Source: Toensbergia leucococca (Eukaryota). From it: a stretch of DNA of 57,402 bases. Location of the stretch: assembly GCA_022813965.1 (NCBI GenBank), contig JALDZS010000063.1:62001-119402 (forward strand). Direction: 5' to 3'. The notes below the pieces were generated by a model. It was not told where the DNA came from. It was given only the letters and a program-made list of their open reading frames with translations, and searched no databases. Of this stretch, positions 14,201 to 26,849 are shown piece after piece. Both the position numbers and the translations under genes were made by a program. The first letter of the stretch is position 1, and each line of letters begins with the position of its first letter.

Positions 14201-15501
14201 TGCCAGATCCTCCACAATCTCATTCGCATCTGGCACTTACAAGAAACAGTTCTTTGGGTAAAACTCTCAATGGATGCACGTTCGGCGACCGTTATCAGGA
14301 TCCCACGCCCTTTGAGTATATTACCATCGGGGAGGCCACTGCCGATCTGCCTGTTAATCATGATGGGCGCGTTACTTGCATTTCCTTTCCAGACCATCGT
14401 CCTGTGAGGTCTGAGTCCACTTTCAATCGACTCCGAATCTCAAGTATACCTTTGTTCCCAGCAGGTATGAGTTTTGTAAAGGCTTGTAAACGAGGGTGGA
14501 TGCCCTCTCCACAATTCAATGCCTTCCATTGGGAGAGGAAAAGTGTTTCAAGACCAGCCTCGCGATCTTGGCAACGAGCCAAAGAAAATGCACTACTGCC
14601 AACAGTTCTGACAAGATGTACGCCTCAAGATAGTTACTCTGGTTCTATTCTCCACTGGTCTGCGAATAGATGCTTGACTGTTATGGAAGTCCGTCGCGCA
14701 CAAGGCTTTCCAGATCATGAGATTCTCGTGGGCTTGCCAGCGGAGCAGTGGAAGATTGTGGGTAACAGTGTCGACCGTTCTGTAGCCCTTGCTCTCGGTA
14801 TGGCTTTGAGAACTGCATGGGTGCGTAGTACAACTCCTTTTGTCTCTCCTGCGGATATCAGTAGCGTGGATAAGCAAGAAGAGTCTCAAAAGACTACAGC
14901 CCTGGGAATGATCGTTACCAGCAGACCTTCAGGCGAGCAACTCTCTAGCGACAGACCTGTAATCAATGGGCCAAAGGCTCTGAAGCGACCTCGGACATCA
15001 ACCACACTTTCAATATCAGACAAATCAGACGAGCTTGGTAGTCATAGTACTTTCAAGCGCGTCGCTCCTTCCACAATCGCCAATGCCTCGAGCAAACGCC
15101 TCCCGTCATCCAATACACCACAAACTGTTGAAAAGCTCAAAGCACGACCTGGAACTCTGTCTATAGACCACCTCTCATCGCCCCTGCCAATGCAGCACGA
15201 GGTCATTGACATCTCGTCCGACTCAAGTTCAGATGAGAATCAACTCAATGGCTTCAACCACTACGAAAGCACTGGCCCGAACCCACATCCTGAGTCCCTG
15301 TCCACGAGCCCAGACAGGACAGATCAAGAAAACAATTCCACTTGGACGAAGGAAACGACTCGCTCACAGACCGTGTTCAAGCTCAAAAGCGTTACTACTA
15401 CCCGTCGAGAAACTATCAGTGTACCCCCAACAGGGCTTTCCACGCCTTTGAGAGTGCAGAAAGTGAATCCTTCCAGTGCGCCGACTAAGAGACGAATATG
15501 A
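11228..15501 (+). CDS. dim-2: DNA (cytosine-5)-methyltransferase, DIM-2 (DNMT1-like) type with BAH domains
   Basis: C5-MTase motifs DIFCGGGNFGRG (I), AGSPCQGFS (IV), LLENV (VI), PQSRSR (VIII), RCLTVMEVRRAQGFPD (IX), IVGNSV (X), plus the BAH segment WFYRP...NELFLSDHC. Exons modelled as 11228-11249, 11386-11708 and 11770-15501, all in frame. Confidence 0.93.
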
Positions 15502-15875
15502 TTTTTTTCTTGGAGAAAGTGAAGGAGATGACATGGTATGATTGGTGGTAATTTTGTCAGAAAAGAGGGACGGAGATTTTGGGTATTGTGACGGGGTGGC
15601 ATTCTGCAGCTCTGATGAAGCACATTCGAGCCGGGGGTCTGTTGGGGTTTATCATACTAGCAGGTGGTTGAATTGTTGGTCATGATGTTTCTCGGGATCG
15701 GATTACGTACGTACTGCTTAATGTATGTACTGCTTTTGTGAAAAAGCAGTAAGAGGTAGAAATCAGGCGCTATGCCAAAACGCAAATCTTACATCCAACC
15801 CAGCTATTCACATCGCCCTTGCATCCCCAGCACAAAGTAATCCCTTTCCTCCGCCCATGCCTCCCTTCCTCTTTC

Positions 15876-17604
15876 CTACATCCACAAACACAACTTCCCG
15901 CTCGCGGTCCCGCCAGCGACCCAATCCTGGCTCGGATGGAACTGCGCCACAGCTGGCACGGCCGAGATACCCTCGCCGCCCAGCTGCGCCAGTTGCTCGC
16001 CTTTGGCGGTGTAGATGTCGACGAAGCGGTTCATGTTGCCGATGCAGAAGCGTGGGATTGAGTCTTGGGGGGAGAGTTGCCATTGGGGGCGGAGGCTGGA
16101 AGGGGTGATTTAGTTAATGGATCGAGGGGAGACAGGGGCGCCTGTTGCTGCTGGGATCGCGAAAGATGAAAGGGGGGAAAGATTGGAGGAGGGGCGACTT
16201 ACATTGTCACCCATCGCCCTGTCTGATTATTGTGACGGATCGTAGCCGAGGGCACCATTTCCGCATCCGTCAGCTCCTTGCCAGCGGGCCAGCCGCCCAT
16301 GTTCTCAAAGCTGTGCACTTTGATCGTGTCGTCGTAGCTCGCGGTCGCGACGTGCCCGGCCGAGCTAAACGCCGCGTGGCTGACGCTGAGCCTGCTTTCG
16401 TGCTCGCCCACCAGCGCCGGCGTGCGCTCGTCCTTGCTACTGCCGCCACTGATCTTTCGCAGGTCCCACACGCGCATGAAGCGGTCCAGGGAGGCGGTGG
16501 CGAGGAAGTGTGGCTGCGATGGGTTGAGGGAGAAGCCGCCGATTTTCTTGTCTGAGAGTTGCCATATTTCTGGGGGGGAAGGGGTGCGGGTGTCGGTGCG
16601 GCCGACTCGACCGTCTAGGCTGGAGAAGTAGAGGATTTGTGGGGTTAGGGGGGAGATTTCTATGCCGGAGAGGGGTTCGTCGTTGGAGGGGTTGGTGGGA
16701 GCGTAGATTTGGGTTGAGGTTGAGGCGGTGAGGTCGAGGAGGCGGAGGGAGGAGTCGTAGGAGGAGGTGTAGAGGTGAGAGGGGTTGTGGGGAGAGAATT
16801 GGAAAGAGGAGATTGTGCGGGTGTGCAAGTGGAAGGAGGTGATGTTTGGGGTAGGGGGGTCGTCGTCGTCGTCGTCGTCTTCAGATTTGATGGGGGTTTG
16901 AGAGCCGTCGAAGATACCAAGGTTGCCGAGTTTGTCGCCGGCAAAGAGGAGGGGTTTTGAGGGTGAGGGGTGGAAGCCTAGGGAGTAGATTCTTTCGGGG
17001 GTGATTTTGATTTCTACATGGGATTAGTTGGGCTTTAGGGGGGATGAGTTGGGATTTTACTGTTCGGTTCAAAGCCGTCATATAGTTCTAGGCTACTCAT
17101 CTTCTCTCTCAGTGCCCTTAGTTCCTTGTCCGAGGTTTCCTTAACTTCGCTCTCCCCAAAAGTCCTCTCGTACGGCTTGGCTCCCCTGGAAACAACATCG
17201 ACGAGGAAATTCTCGCTCTTGTCCCACTCCTTACCCAGCACAACAACATCCTTCAAGTCCAAGTCTCCCTCCACTCTCTGCCGTTTCGATCTCGCTGCTT
17301 CCTGCACAGCAACATATTCATCCTCGGCCTTCCGCTTCGCAACCTCACTATCTGCAGTCAAACCGGCCAGTCGCGAGGATGAACGTCGTGGAAGGACTTC
17401 CTCTTTGACCCTAGCAATTGCGCTCTTCCGTTTTGGTGCATTGCCGCTTTTCTTGCTCGTTGAGGATTTGGAGATTGGCTGTGGCGCGAGACCTACGGAG
17501 GCGGCATCGAGGGCTAGTTGCTTGAGAAGGGCGTCTCTTTCGGCGATATTTGCTTGACGTTGCTGCTCGTATTCGCTGAGCTCGACGATTTCTTTGCGAG
17601 CCAT
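15876..17604 (-). CDS. CMR1: DNA damage-binding WD40 protein Cmr1 (WDR76 family)
   Basis: N-terminus [22 protein letters not shown] and [12 protein letters not shown] repeats [16 protein letters not shown] and [11 protein letters not shown]-terminus [25 protein letters not shown]. Confidence 0.92.
16859..16879. repeat. (GTC)7 trinucleotide repeat, poly-Asp in CMR1
   Basis: gtcgtcgtcgtcgtcgtcgtc read directly from the sequence. Confidence 0.85.
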
Positions 17605-17731
17605 CTTTGCAATTGTGATAGAGACCGAATGGAGATTGAAGTTTCTACTGATTGTTCATTGATCAATGAATGGAGAATTGCCATCTGCCATCGTCATTGA
17701 GGCGCGGAGGTAGCGCGTGAAAGTGCCCTTT

Positions 17732-17737
17732 ACGCGT
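17732..17737. promoter_or_regulatory. MCB (MluI cell-cycle box) ACGCGT in the CMR1/MTF2 divergent promoter
   Basis: Perfect ACGCGT about 130 nt upstream of the CMR1 ATG, with further CGCG cores at 17703 and 17714. Confidence 0.55.
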
Positions 17738-17906
17738 CAGCGCTATTATAATGCTCAACCTAAAGCTTAATTCTCTACTCTGTAGATCCGCTTCGAGATC
17801 GGTACTCGTACAAACTATAATTTTGATTGTCGTACAGATAGCTCCCCACGCTCCCCCACTTACGGAGTACCTCTAGGTAAAGCCTTGCGGGCAAGAGCCT
17901 GACCGA

Positions 17907-19616
17907 ATGTCGCTGAAGATTTCGTTTCATCTGCAAACACACCTCCTTCAAGCTCGCATTTCTCAACCCACCTGCCTGCTCCCTTTCCTATACCAAACCC
18001 GAACTCTACAATCACCGTGTACCACCCGGACAGGACACCGGAGGCCCCTAGGCACAACAGCTTCTCGAGCATCAAGAGAATATGTTCCCTTCGAAGGCGA
18101 CTATGTAATCCGACCATACAGAAAGCCGAAAGACCGTCCTTCCTTTAGAGATGACCACGAAGGTCACCCGCCTGAAACACCTTTCGCTCCTCATAAAACT
18201 CGGAACACCACTATAACCGGTCCTGAGAGAGCAGTCTTCGATCGTATTTTCAAAGATATCGTAAAGTCAACGCCAGGGGAATCAGAAGACAATATCCTAG
18301 ACGATGATCTTGGGATTGGTATCGATCAAGATGACGACATCTCCTCCATCTTTGAGCAGGCCATCGAGCTTAGTCGCATAGAAGATGAAAGGGCCGCCAA
18401 AAAGATGCAGAAACATCTTGATCGAAATGAGAATGAATCTACTCGTTCGTGGGCTATCGGTTCTGTTCCAAACCCTGGTAACTGCTCCACCTTATCCCCG
18501 TATACACCTAAGCTCAGTGCAGCACCCGCCAGAGTCAGTGGAGTGGTGACGGGAGAACGCGAATCAGGACAGCGAGATCTCGTAGGAGCCGTTCAAATAT
18601 CTTCCCCCTTGCAAGAAAATGCATTGAGGGAAGGGTTAGACGGATTAGGGATTGAATACGAGCAAAAGGTAGAGACGGCTCGATGGGAGGATCGGATAAA
18701 GGTGATGGGCTTGCTGACCAAGGCGAAAAACGATGTGGAAATCTGGAATGTGCTAAAAAGCGAAGTGTTCAGTCTGGTCAAGCGATACAACTTGCAAACA
18801 CAGGAGAAGGAGGCACAAAAAATTAGTGCCGTCAAGGCGATCAAATCTGTCAGAAAAAGAAAAGCACGGCCCGTAAGAGGAGAAAGCGTGACCCAACCCC
18901 AAATAGGAGCAACGAGTACCAAGGACGAGAGTAAGGAGTCGCAGCCGGATGAAGAGGTCCCTATCCTCTCTATCCTGCAGACAAATTATAGTTTGAACGT
19001 TCTAGACGCCTTCCGCATGCTCCGCAAACAATTTCCTACCTCCCCGTACGCTCTAAGCATCATCCCTACAATCAAAAGTCTTGGTCCAGTTTCTTACGTA
19101 CTCGGCGCATCCACGAGTATCTACAACGAAGCCTTGTTCCTAAGGTGGGTCTACTACAAGGATCTGAATGGTGTTGCAGACCTTCTCCGAGAGATGATGG
19201 AACAAGGGGTAGAGGCCAATGAGGCCACGCATGCCATATCCAGGGACGTGATCACGTCGAAGAAGTTGGCTAAGAGGTCCCAGAATGATTCAGTGTTGAG
19301 TGCGTGGTGGCAGATGAGAGGGGTGGAGGAGGCTAGGCAGAGGGTGAACGGATATCATCGTTGGGTAACTTTTGAAGTCACAGAAAGACAAAAGAGAAGG
19401 GAGCGGGAGAGGGTTGCGCGGATATATGAGGATGAGGATGCTCAGAAGAGAGTCGTTTTCGAAAAGAACCAGAGAAGCGAGCTGGAAAGGGTTGCGCAGA
19501 CTTATGAGGACGAGGATGCTCAGCAAGGAGGTGGAGTTACGACTTACCCTATGCCTGAGAGTGCGCCGGAGGCGGGAGCCGGAGTCCCGCTCCAGGGAGT
19601 AGCATCAATGGCATGA
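17907..19616 (+). CDS. Mitochondrial Mtf2-like protein
   Basis: Intronless 569-aa ORF with a presequence-like N-terminus (CLLPFLYQTRTL), TIT..ERAVFDRIF, and IKSLGPVSYVLGASTSIYNE...DLLREM..GV characteristic of the fungal Mtf2 family. Confidence 0.75.
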   Translation: MSLKISFHLQTHLLQARISQPTCLLPFLYQTRTLQSPCTTRTGHRRPLGTTASRASREYVPFEGDYVIRPYRKPKDRPSFRDDHEGHPPETPFAPHKTRNTTITGPERAVFDRIFKDIVKSTPGESEDNILDDDLGIGIDQDDDISSIFEQAIELSRIEDERAAKKMQKHLDRNENESTRSWAIGSVPNPGNCSTLSPYTPKLSAAPARVSGVVTGERESGQRDLVGAVQISSPLQENALREGLDGLGIEYEQKVETARWEDRIKVMGLLTKAKNDVEIWNVLKSEVFSLVKRYNLQTQEKEAQKISAVKAIKSVRKRKARPVRGESVTQPQIGATSTKDESKESQPDEEVPILSILQTNYSLNVLDAFRMLRKQFPTSPYALSIIPTIKSLGPVSYVLGASTSIYNEALFLRWVYYKDLNGVADLLREMMEQGVEANEATHAISRDVITSKKLAKRSQNDSVLSAWWQMRGVEEARQRVNGYHRWVTFEVTERQKRRERERVARIYEDEDAQKRVVFEKNQRSELERVAQTYEDEDAQQGGGVTTYPMPESAPEAGAGVPLQGVASMA

Positions 19617-19640
19617 GGTTGCACATGGGGAATTGTCGTA

Positions 19641-20448
19641 CTAAATCCTTACTCCCTTGCTCCGCAAGATATTTATCACTGAATGCCCCGTAAACCCCGC
19701 CCACTCTCCTAAGCCTCTGATCGAGGACCCAACCACCTTTGCCTCCGCTAGTCTACGATCTAAGAACCGTTCCGTTTCCACATATTTCGTCGATGTATCC
19801 TGAGTCATGAAGATCTCTGTGCTTGAATATATAGCTGATAAGGAGGCTCGTTTGGTGTACCAGCTTGTATCCACGCTCACGTCCCCGGTAAGAAACCAAA
19901 TCTCGTCAGAGAGGCGAGCGAGCTCGGCGAGGGAAGTGGAGATATTGGTGGGGGAGGCCATAATGGCTAGAGCCTGTGGTGGGGTCAGTATTTAGTGAGC
20001 AGAGCAAGAAGTGTTGAAAATAGAGGGGGCTTACAGATTGCCAATGGTGGATGATGGGCTTATTGGCATGCAGCCGGGCAAGGGCTAGAGATCGGACTCT
20101 TGATCCGATACTAGTTTGCGACTGAGAACTCGCGTGTTTTTGGAGGGCGAGGCGTTGGGATACGAGATGGTAATTCACCAGGTCGAAAGCGCCTCTGGGA
20201 AAAAGATTGACAGAGGCCGCGAGGTAGCCTACATCTTGAGCACCATGGGAAAGTGCAGTGGTGGTGAAGCCAAAGGTGGGGACATGAGACAGGGCGGAGG
20301 AGAGAATGGCTGATTCGGTAGCGGTGAATGGTGGGGGTTGATCGTGTTCATAGGAATGGTAGAGGCGGCTAGTAGCCGGTTTAAAGGGGAAACTAAAGCA
20401 TGCTCTGCTACCGAGGAGGTTCGAGCGAACAATGCGCAGTATTTGCAT
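19641..20448 (-). CDS. COQ9: Ubiquinone biosynthesis protein Coq9
   Basis: ILSSALSHVPTFGFT..., then one intron, then LARLSDEIWFLTGDVSVDTSWYTKRASLSAIYSSTEIFMTQD...FLDRRL. Confidence 0.95.
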
Positions 20449-22156
20449 CCTCGCGATAAATTCTTACTTTCTTCGTCTCTAAAGTCGGTCGTGTTTGTGA
20501 TTTGAGAGGTCGAGTTCAATGCCAAGACGGGATCGGCCGCCACAATGCCGCCGCAGACGGCCGCTGGTGCCGATAACGCATGGAAATGTGGGAGGTCAAA
20601 GATCTACTGCTAATTCAGGCACTGGCATGAGCGACAAACATATGATGTATCATGTATGGGGGTTCGTTCGTCCGAAGCTCAGTCACACACATGGACGGCT
20701 TGCAAGTTGAGCTAAACCTCATGGCTAAGCCCTACGAGAACAGGGTATGGCCCGCGTGGCCATTGGGTCCATGGTCCGTCGTAGAGTGATTGGCTCCAGT
20801 AGTAATGTTCTGCAGCTTTTGTTGCATGCCCTGCATTGCACATGCGGTACGAGTAACGTGATTGACCAGCGAGCCGGCCTTGCAATTCTTGCTTATGTGG
20901 GTGCTCCAATCCCTGATGCTGCAAGAAGGCTGTGATTAGAAGCTTCGACGCTTGATTCGCTAGCATACATTTCTTTAATCTGAATATCAGAAAAGCGGCT
21001 CAAGTCCTGGCCAGCCAGGCCAGCCAGCTTCAGCTTCATCCACATCGTTGAAACACGTTATCTCCGGTCAAAATCCCGAATTCCAACATCACACATCACA
21101 TGTCAGAAGTCTGCATTTCTGGATTTTGATGTGCATTGCAGAGGATCAAATCCAGGACACAGCGGGCTTAGCTAAGAGTCTTAGCATTTCAATTGCACGT
21201 AGCCGTACTTGTCCTGCTGCAGTAGGCAGCGCAGTAGTGACCTGCCGGATCGAGCCACACTGGCATGGGTTCTGTCTGAACTTCAGCCATGAACTCTAAA
21301 GGCGTAGCAGACTCTTCGAGAACCGCTGCTTGTAAACAACGATTCCACGCCAGAGACCAGCACTTTGCGGGAGAGCAGTTTGGTTAAATCAATCCTCCTG
21401 GTATGAAACAAGTAGTGCTCGGGCTTTGGGGCAGTGAATCAAAGGCTTTCGAGGGATTGAGTATGAATTAAGGGTATGATGGTATTGTGGTGTGACGGTG
21501 AATTAAAGAAAATAGCCCAGGGAGTAAATTGCGGTGGACGGGCGCTAAGGTCCAACGTTCGGTCGCCTTCAAACACCACCACGCCCACACAGCGAAACAC
21601 CCACACCCTCACTCATCGTCTATTCTGCACACTTCTTTACTACTGTATTCGCGACCCTGATAGGCTAGTCTCTTGCTTCCCATTTCCCTTCTCATTGTGA
21701 AGTTGGACTGTGATTGGCTGCCCGATACCTGCACAAGCCTCTCCACCTCGACACCCTTCCTCGTATGTCACCCCTTTCATTTCTCCTCTTTCCACGGCCT
21801 TTCTGGATTACCATGTACCGAGTCCTTAGAGGTGCTGAAAGCTGACTCAGGAAGGCTTTACCCCCAGCGCCGTAAGGCAAATTTAGGCAATTCGACTTGG
21901 GCTGCAGTCCAGCCCACACCAATCCTTCATCAACAGCCTGCAAAAGCATTTGCGTCCATCTAAGTGGTCGGGTCTTCCTTACTTCTGATCCGAAGCTTGT
22001 TGTCTAGTCGAGTAGTGGCAGATATCGTTGCGCGTTCCGGATAACCCCTGCCTACCGTTCCCATAACCAAGTACTTTTCGTGCAGCAACTTGGCCTCCAT
22101 CATTGAGCCTGGAGCACAAGTATCCACTCGGCAATCGTACCTTATAGCTCTCAATC

Positions 22157-24571
22157 ATGGGTCTGTCCACCTCTTCTCCCCATCCCTCGGTACAGAACTA
22201 GTCTATCCGGGGCGCCTTATTGTGTAGCTGAGTTTTTTTGTGACACCGTTACCTTGCTCTCAATCTGCCAAATCTTTTTAAACAATGCTGGACTGCTCAC
22301 ATCCTATATTCTAGATTCAGCAGACGTATATCGCCCCTACGCAGTAAGTAAACTAATTCTATTCAAGTGGTGCATCCTCATGTTGACCTCGGAGCGAACT
22401 CACTTGATCAATGTTCTGTGCACTCAATGTTTTCTTCACCATCTCCTAGAAATGGCTCACATTCATGAACCTCATACACAATTACAATACACGTTTGTGT
22501 ATATCCTCATCTCCTTGTCATGCCAAAGTTCAAAAGCAAATTTCGCTGATATATAGAGCTTCAATGGCTCACATCTTGGCTCACATTCTGTAGCGCGAGA
22601 GATCTCGGTCACCACGACGTCGATCTCGAAGCCCACGACGTAGCCGTCGCTCATATTCTCCACGGAGTCGCTCCCGAAGCCGTGACGAATACCGTCGGAG
22701 TGAACGTCGGTCTCGTTCCCCCATGAGTGGTGCAGCTGGAGCATCTGGAGGACAATCGGGATCCAGTTACGGTCGCGGTGGCGGGGCTCTTCCGGCTCGA
22801 AGCTTTGAAGAGCGTGCTCAAGCTAAAGAGCAGATGATGGCTTCGGTTCGGGAATCCTCTCAGCAGGAACGGCGAGTCTACGTTGGCAACCTCTCATACG
22901 ATGTGAAGTGGCATCATTTGAAGGACTTTATGAGACAGGGTGAGTAATGCACCTATATTAACGGTAGTGGTATCTTGCATAGAGATCTGACATTCTGTGT
23001 TGTAGCTGGAGAAGTCCTCTTCGCCGATGTGTTATTACTTCCGAATGGAATGTCGAAGGTGGGCGCCAATGTGTAGATATGGCTGGTTTTTCTGGTTTTG
23101 TTTTGGTTGTTGGACGTTGGATTGACGGGTTGGGACGTTGTCCGTGGGTTATGTAGGGATGCGGGTGAGTTGCGATTTATCATGTCTGCCTGATACCTTC
23201 TGACTTGAGACAGGATTGTGGAATACGCGACGAGGGAACAAGCCCAACAAGCAGTCAACACGCTCAGCAACCAGAACCTTATGGGGAGACTTGTCTACGT
23301 TCGAGAAGTAAGATTCACTTAATCTGTTCAGCCTTTATTTGAGGGTTGGCTCTCATTATACTGTGATGCTGATTAGAACTGGCTAGGACCGCGAGGCCGA
23401 GCCACGCTTCACCGGACCGCCTCCAGCACGTGGAGGTTACGAAGGAGCCGCACCCCGTGGAGGTTTTGGTGGCGGCACCGGCGCCCCTTCTTCCAGTGGC
23501 GGACGCCAAATCTTTATCAATAACGTTAGTTCCCCCTGTTCTTTCACTGCTTGCTAACTTTCTGTATTGGGTTGACCTTCATGGCTTTAGTTGCCCTACA
23601 CTGTTGGTTGGCAGGATCTCAAAGACTTATTCCGTCAAGCTGGTATGTATTGTCTTCCACATAAAACTAACATGTAGCACGATGCTCTCTTTGTAACAAA
23701 GGTCAGTATTGACTGATGGTACTTCTAGCCCAGCAAGGTGCAGTCATTCGTGCCGATGTTCATGTAGGACATGACGGCCGTCCCAAAGGCTCCGGTGTTG
23801 TTGCCTTCGAAAGCGCAGAGGATGCTCGCAATGCTATCACTCAATTCAACGGCTATGACTGGCAAGGTCGTATGCTAGAGGTGCGCGAGGATCGCTTCGC
23901 TGGACCACCAGGTGGTGGTTTTGCCAGTCGAGGCGGCGGCTTTGGAGGTGGCTTTAGCGGCGCACGTGGCGGAGGATTCAGTGGCAGAGGCGGCTTTGCA
24001 GGTCGTGGGGGTTTCGGAGGTGGATACAGCGGGCGTGGGGGCTACAGCGGTAGCTTTGGTGGCCCTCCTTCTGCTGGCTATGAGGCTTCCCCTGCCGCTA
24101 CCGCTGCTCCGCCAAACCCATTCACTGATTTCGCTTCTTCTGGGGGAGACCGCAGCGAGACAATCTACGTTCGCAATGTACGTCATCTTTCTCAACTTCT
24201 CTTTGATCGACCCACGCTAATGAGCTTAGTTACCATGGTCTACGAGTAACGACGATTTAGTAGAGTTGTTCACGACAATCGGAAAGGTTGAACGAGCGGA
24301 AATTCAGTACGAGCCTAATGGACGTTCCCGTGGAACTGGAGTTGTGCAGTTTGACATCGCTGATAATGCTGAGACGGCTATCTGTAAGTCGCCCGCCGCA
24401 ACATGGGCATTGCGAGCAGTTCATTGACAAATCGCAGCCAAATTCACAGGCTACCAATACGGTGGACGCCCTCTTGGACTTACGTACGTCAAATACATGA
24501 ACCCAGGCGATGGAGATGCTATGGAGGGCGCAGAGGCGACTGGAGGCATGACACAAGATCAAATCATGTAA
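22157..24571 (+). CDS. SR-like three-RRM RNA-binding protein (Gbp2/Hrb1 family)
   Basis: Modelled as ATG G|intron|ATTCAGCAGAC.. giving [11 protein letters not shown], followed by an RS domain [14 protein letters not shown]. RRMs [35 protein letters not shown] and TIYVRNLPWST; RGG linker; ends TQDQIM*. Confidence 0.9.
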
Positions 24572-25246
24572 AACGTCCCAAGGTCACCACACCCGTAATG
24601 TTGTTTTCGTACGACACCTTTTCGGGTTTGCAAAAGTTTGTACTTTCATTTCTTTGTTCGTTTCAAAAAGATGATTCTCATCTCTTTATTTCCAGATGAG
24701 ACTTCATGATTTAATAGGGAGAAGATGTTTTCTAGAGGACTGCTCCTGTTGTATCATCACTTTCATGTTCTTGCATGTACTATTTCAAGCTAGATTTTGC
24801 TCAATTGTTCTGGGTTTTCGAGCTTAGAATGGAATCCAAGGTCATCCACAAACGTTTCGGGGAACAGCGAGACAGTGGCTTACAGTGAGAAGAGAAGGTG
24901 CTTTGTGTAGAAGACCACTCCAGGGTCACAGCAATTGTTGTTCACTCAATCTGATTGTGAAGGACCTTGGTCATGCGAGAAGGTGTTGATGTTGTAAGAA
25001 TGGTATCAATGTGAAGCAATGCATTTTATGACTCGAGCTCAAGAGTGTTCATGCAACGAGCCAGCACCTTCCAAAGGTATGTGTCAGTCACTTCTACTTC
25101 GTTATATCTACACCAGTCACCACACTACAAAAGTTCAAGAGATCACAAACTCTACTTCCTGCATCAACCTGCTAGCCGACTAAAAAGCACAGCTGAATTG
25201 TGCTCTCCGAATTTGCTTTCCAACAACAGTACCTGCGGCACACAAA

Positions 25247-26643
25247 ATGCCAGAGTATGTCTTGTAACCCTATAAATTACTTCCCTCACTACGTATCTGA
25301 AGAGAGACACTGGCTAATACTGGACCAGAACCATTGGGAAAGTCAAAAGCACTGAAAATCTACTAACCATACCTCAGGAGCTCGTCAATATTATATGCCG
25401 ATACCTAGAACCCACAGATATCCGATCGATCCGTCTCGCATATTGTGCACTTGCTCATTCTGGAGTAAATTTTCTGTACCAGACGTTCTGCCTATTTAAT
25501 GTGGACAGGAGCCTGGCAAACCTACATTCGATAGCGAGTCATCCAGAGTATTCAAAATTCGTGCAGTGCATTAGACTTAATTCGCTTCAGCCCAATCCTT
25601 CATTGGATACAAAATCGTGCAGCCCTTACGCTCGAGACCATCAGGAATACTTCACGTATGGGAAAGCACGGCGATCCTGCGAGACCTTCAGCCGTCCACA
25701 GCATCAACAAATACCAATTTCTCATATTCTGTCGAAGCTGCCAAGGCTCTCAACCATCCTGCATGAGTCGGTCATAGATGACCAAATAGGCCGACCTAGT
25801 CTCGACCGCTTGCAGGAGCTTACAGGGCTACCACGGAGAAACTGGTTTAATTCTCACCATGCAGAAGATTACATAACCTTACAACGAGCTCTCACATACT
25901 CCAATGTCCATCTGACCATTCTTGCGCTACCTACCCTTGATTACTTTGGCGCGAGAGGCCTGAATGGTATGCTTTCGGTCATGGACGAAGAAGATTGGGC
26001 AAATACTTCCAAGGCACTCAAAAATCTGACTGCCCTTAAGCTTTACGTTCGATCCGCTCTGTACGAGGATGATAAAAGTCTCGAGTGGAAGCCACGGGTT
26101 CATCGCCTGTTAGCATACGCTCCTAATCTGCGGTCGCTTGACATACGAATAGTCGTGGATGAGGAATCTGAAACAGTAGTTCTCTGTGACATTTACTGGC
26201 CAGTCATGGAGCACATGGCACTCAGGGCGCTGAGAATCTCGTCACAGGGGTTGGCTGAAATCTTGAAACCATACAAACTCTCTTTGAAAAGCCTCGTCCT
26301 AGAAGACATACACCTGTACGGAGGGACTTGGGAGGAGGTGTTGTCCACGCTACAAGGCGGCTCTTTACAAAGCATCAAATGTTCAAGGCTGTACCTTGGC
26401 GACAATCCTTACATCTATGGGCCACTACATGCCAACTCAGCGATAAACGATTTCGTCGTTGGGAACGGTCCCTGGCCGCTAGAACTCAATAACCGTTCGG
26501 TAGCACCCCGCGAATCTCGAGTAAGTTTGCGGAAATATCCCTGTGTGGAGCAGGTGCACATCTTGCCTTTCGACGAGTATCGAGAGCCCATTCTGGGAAC
26601 GAAAGACCGGTCTATGGGCGCGAATGCCTCCCACGATCAGTGA
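25247..26643 (+). CDS. F-box-like / leucine-rich fungal protein
   Basis: ATG CCA GA|gtatgt..ccag| leads to LLTIPQELVNIICRYLEPTDIRSIRLA (F-box-like), in frame with ORF 25501-26643, which has LxxLxL repeats. Confidence 0.75.
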
Positions 26644-26849
26644 AAATATCACTCTCCCAATCCAAGGAACATAAGAGGGCTTGACGGTTTGGATAGATAC
26701 CAAGCTCTAGGTGACAGATGGCTGGACTTGTAAAAACAAGGTCGTCTCAGGGCGTGGAGTATTCGATTCCAGGCATGGTGATATTTATTGACACTTTTAC
26801 ACTAAGGGTATGCACATTTTGTCTGCGATTAGCCATGCTTTGAGTATCC

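Noticed and set aside
20450..22150. Several 60-100 aa ORFs in the long COQ9-GBP2 intergenic region
   Set aside because: No protein-like features. The region is better explained as promoter plus an intron-containing 5' UTR.
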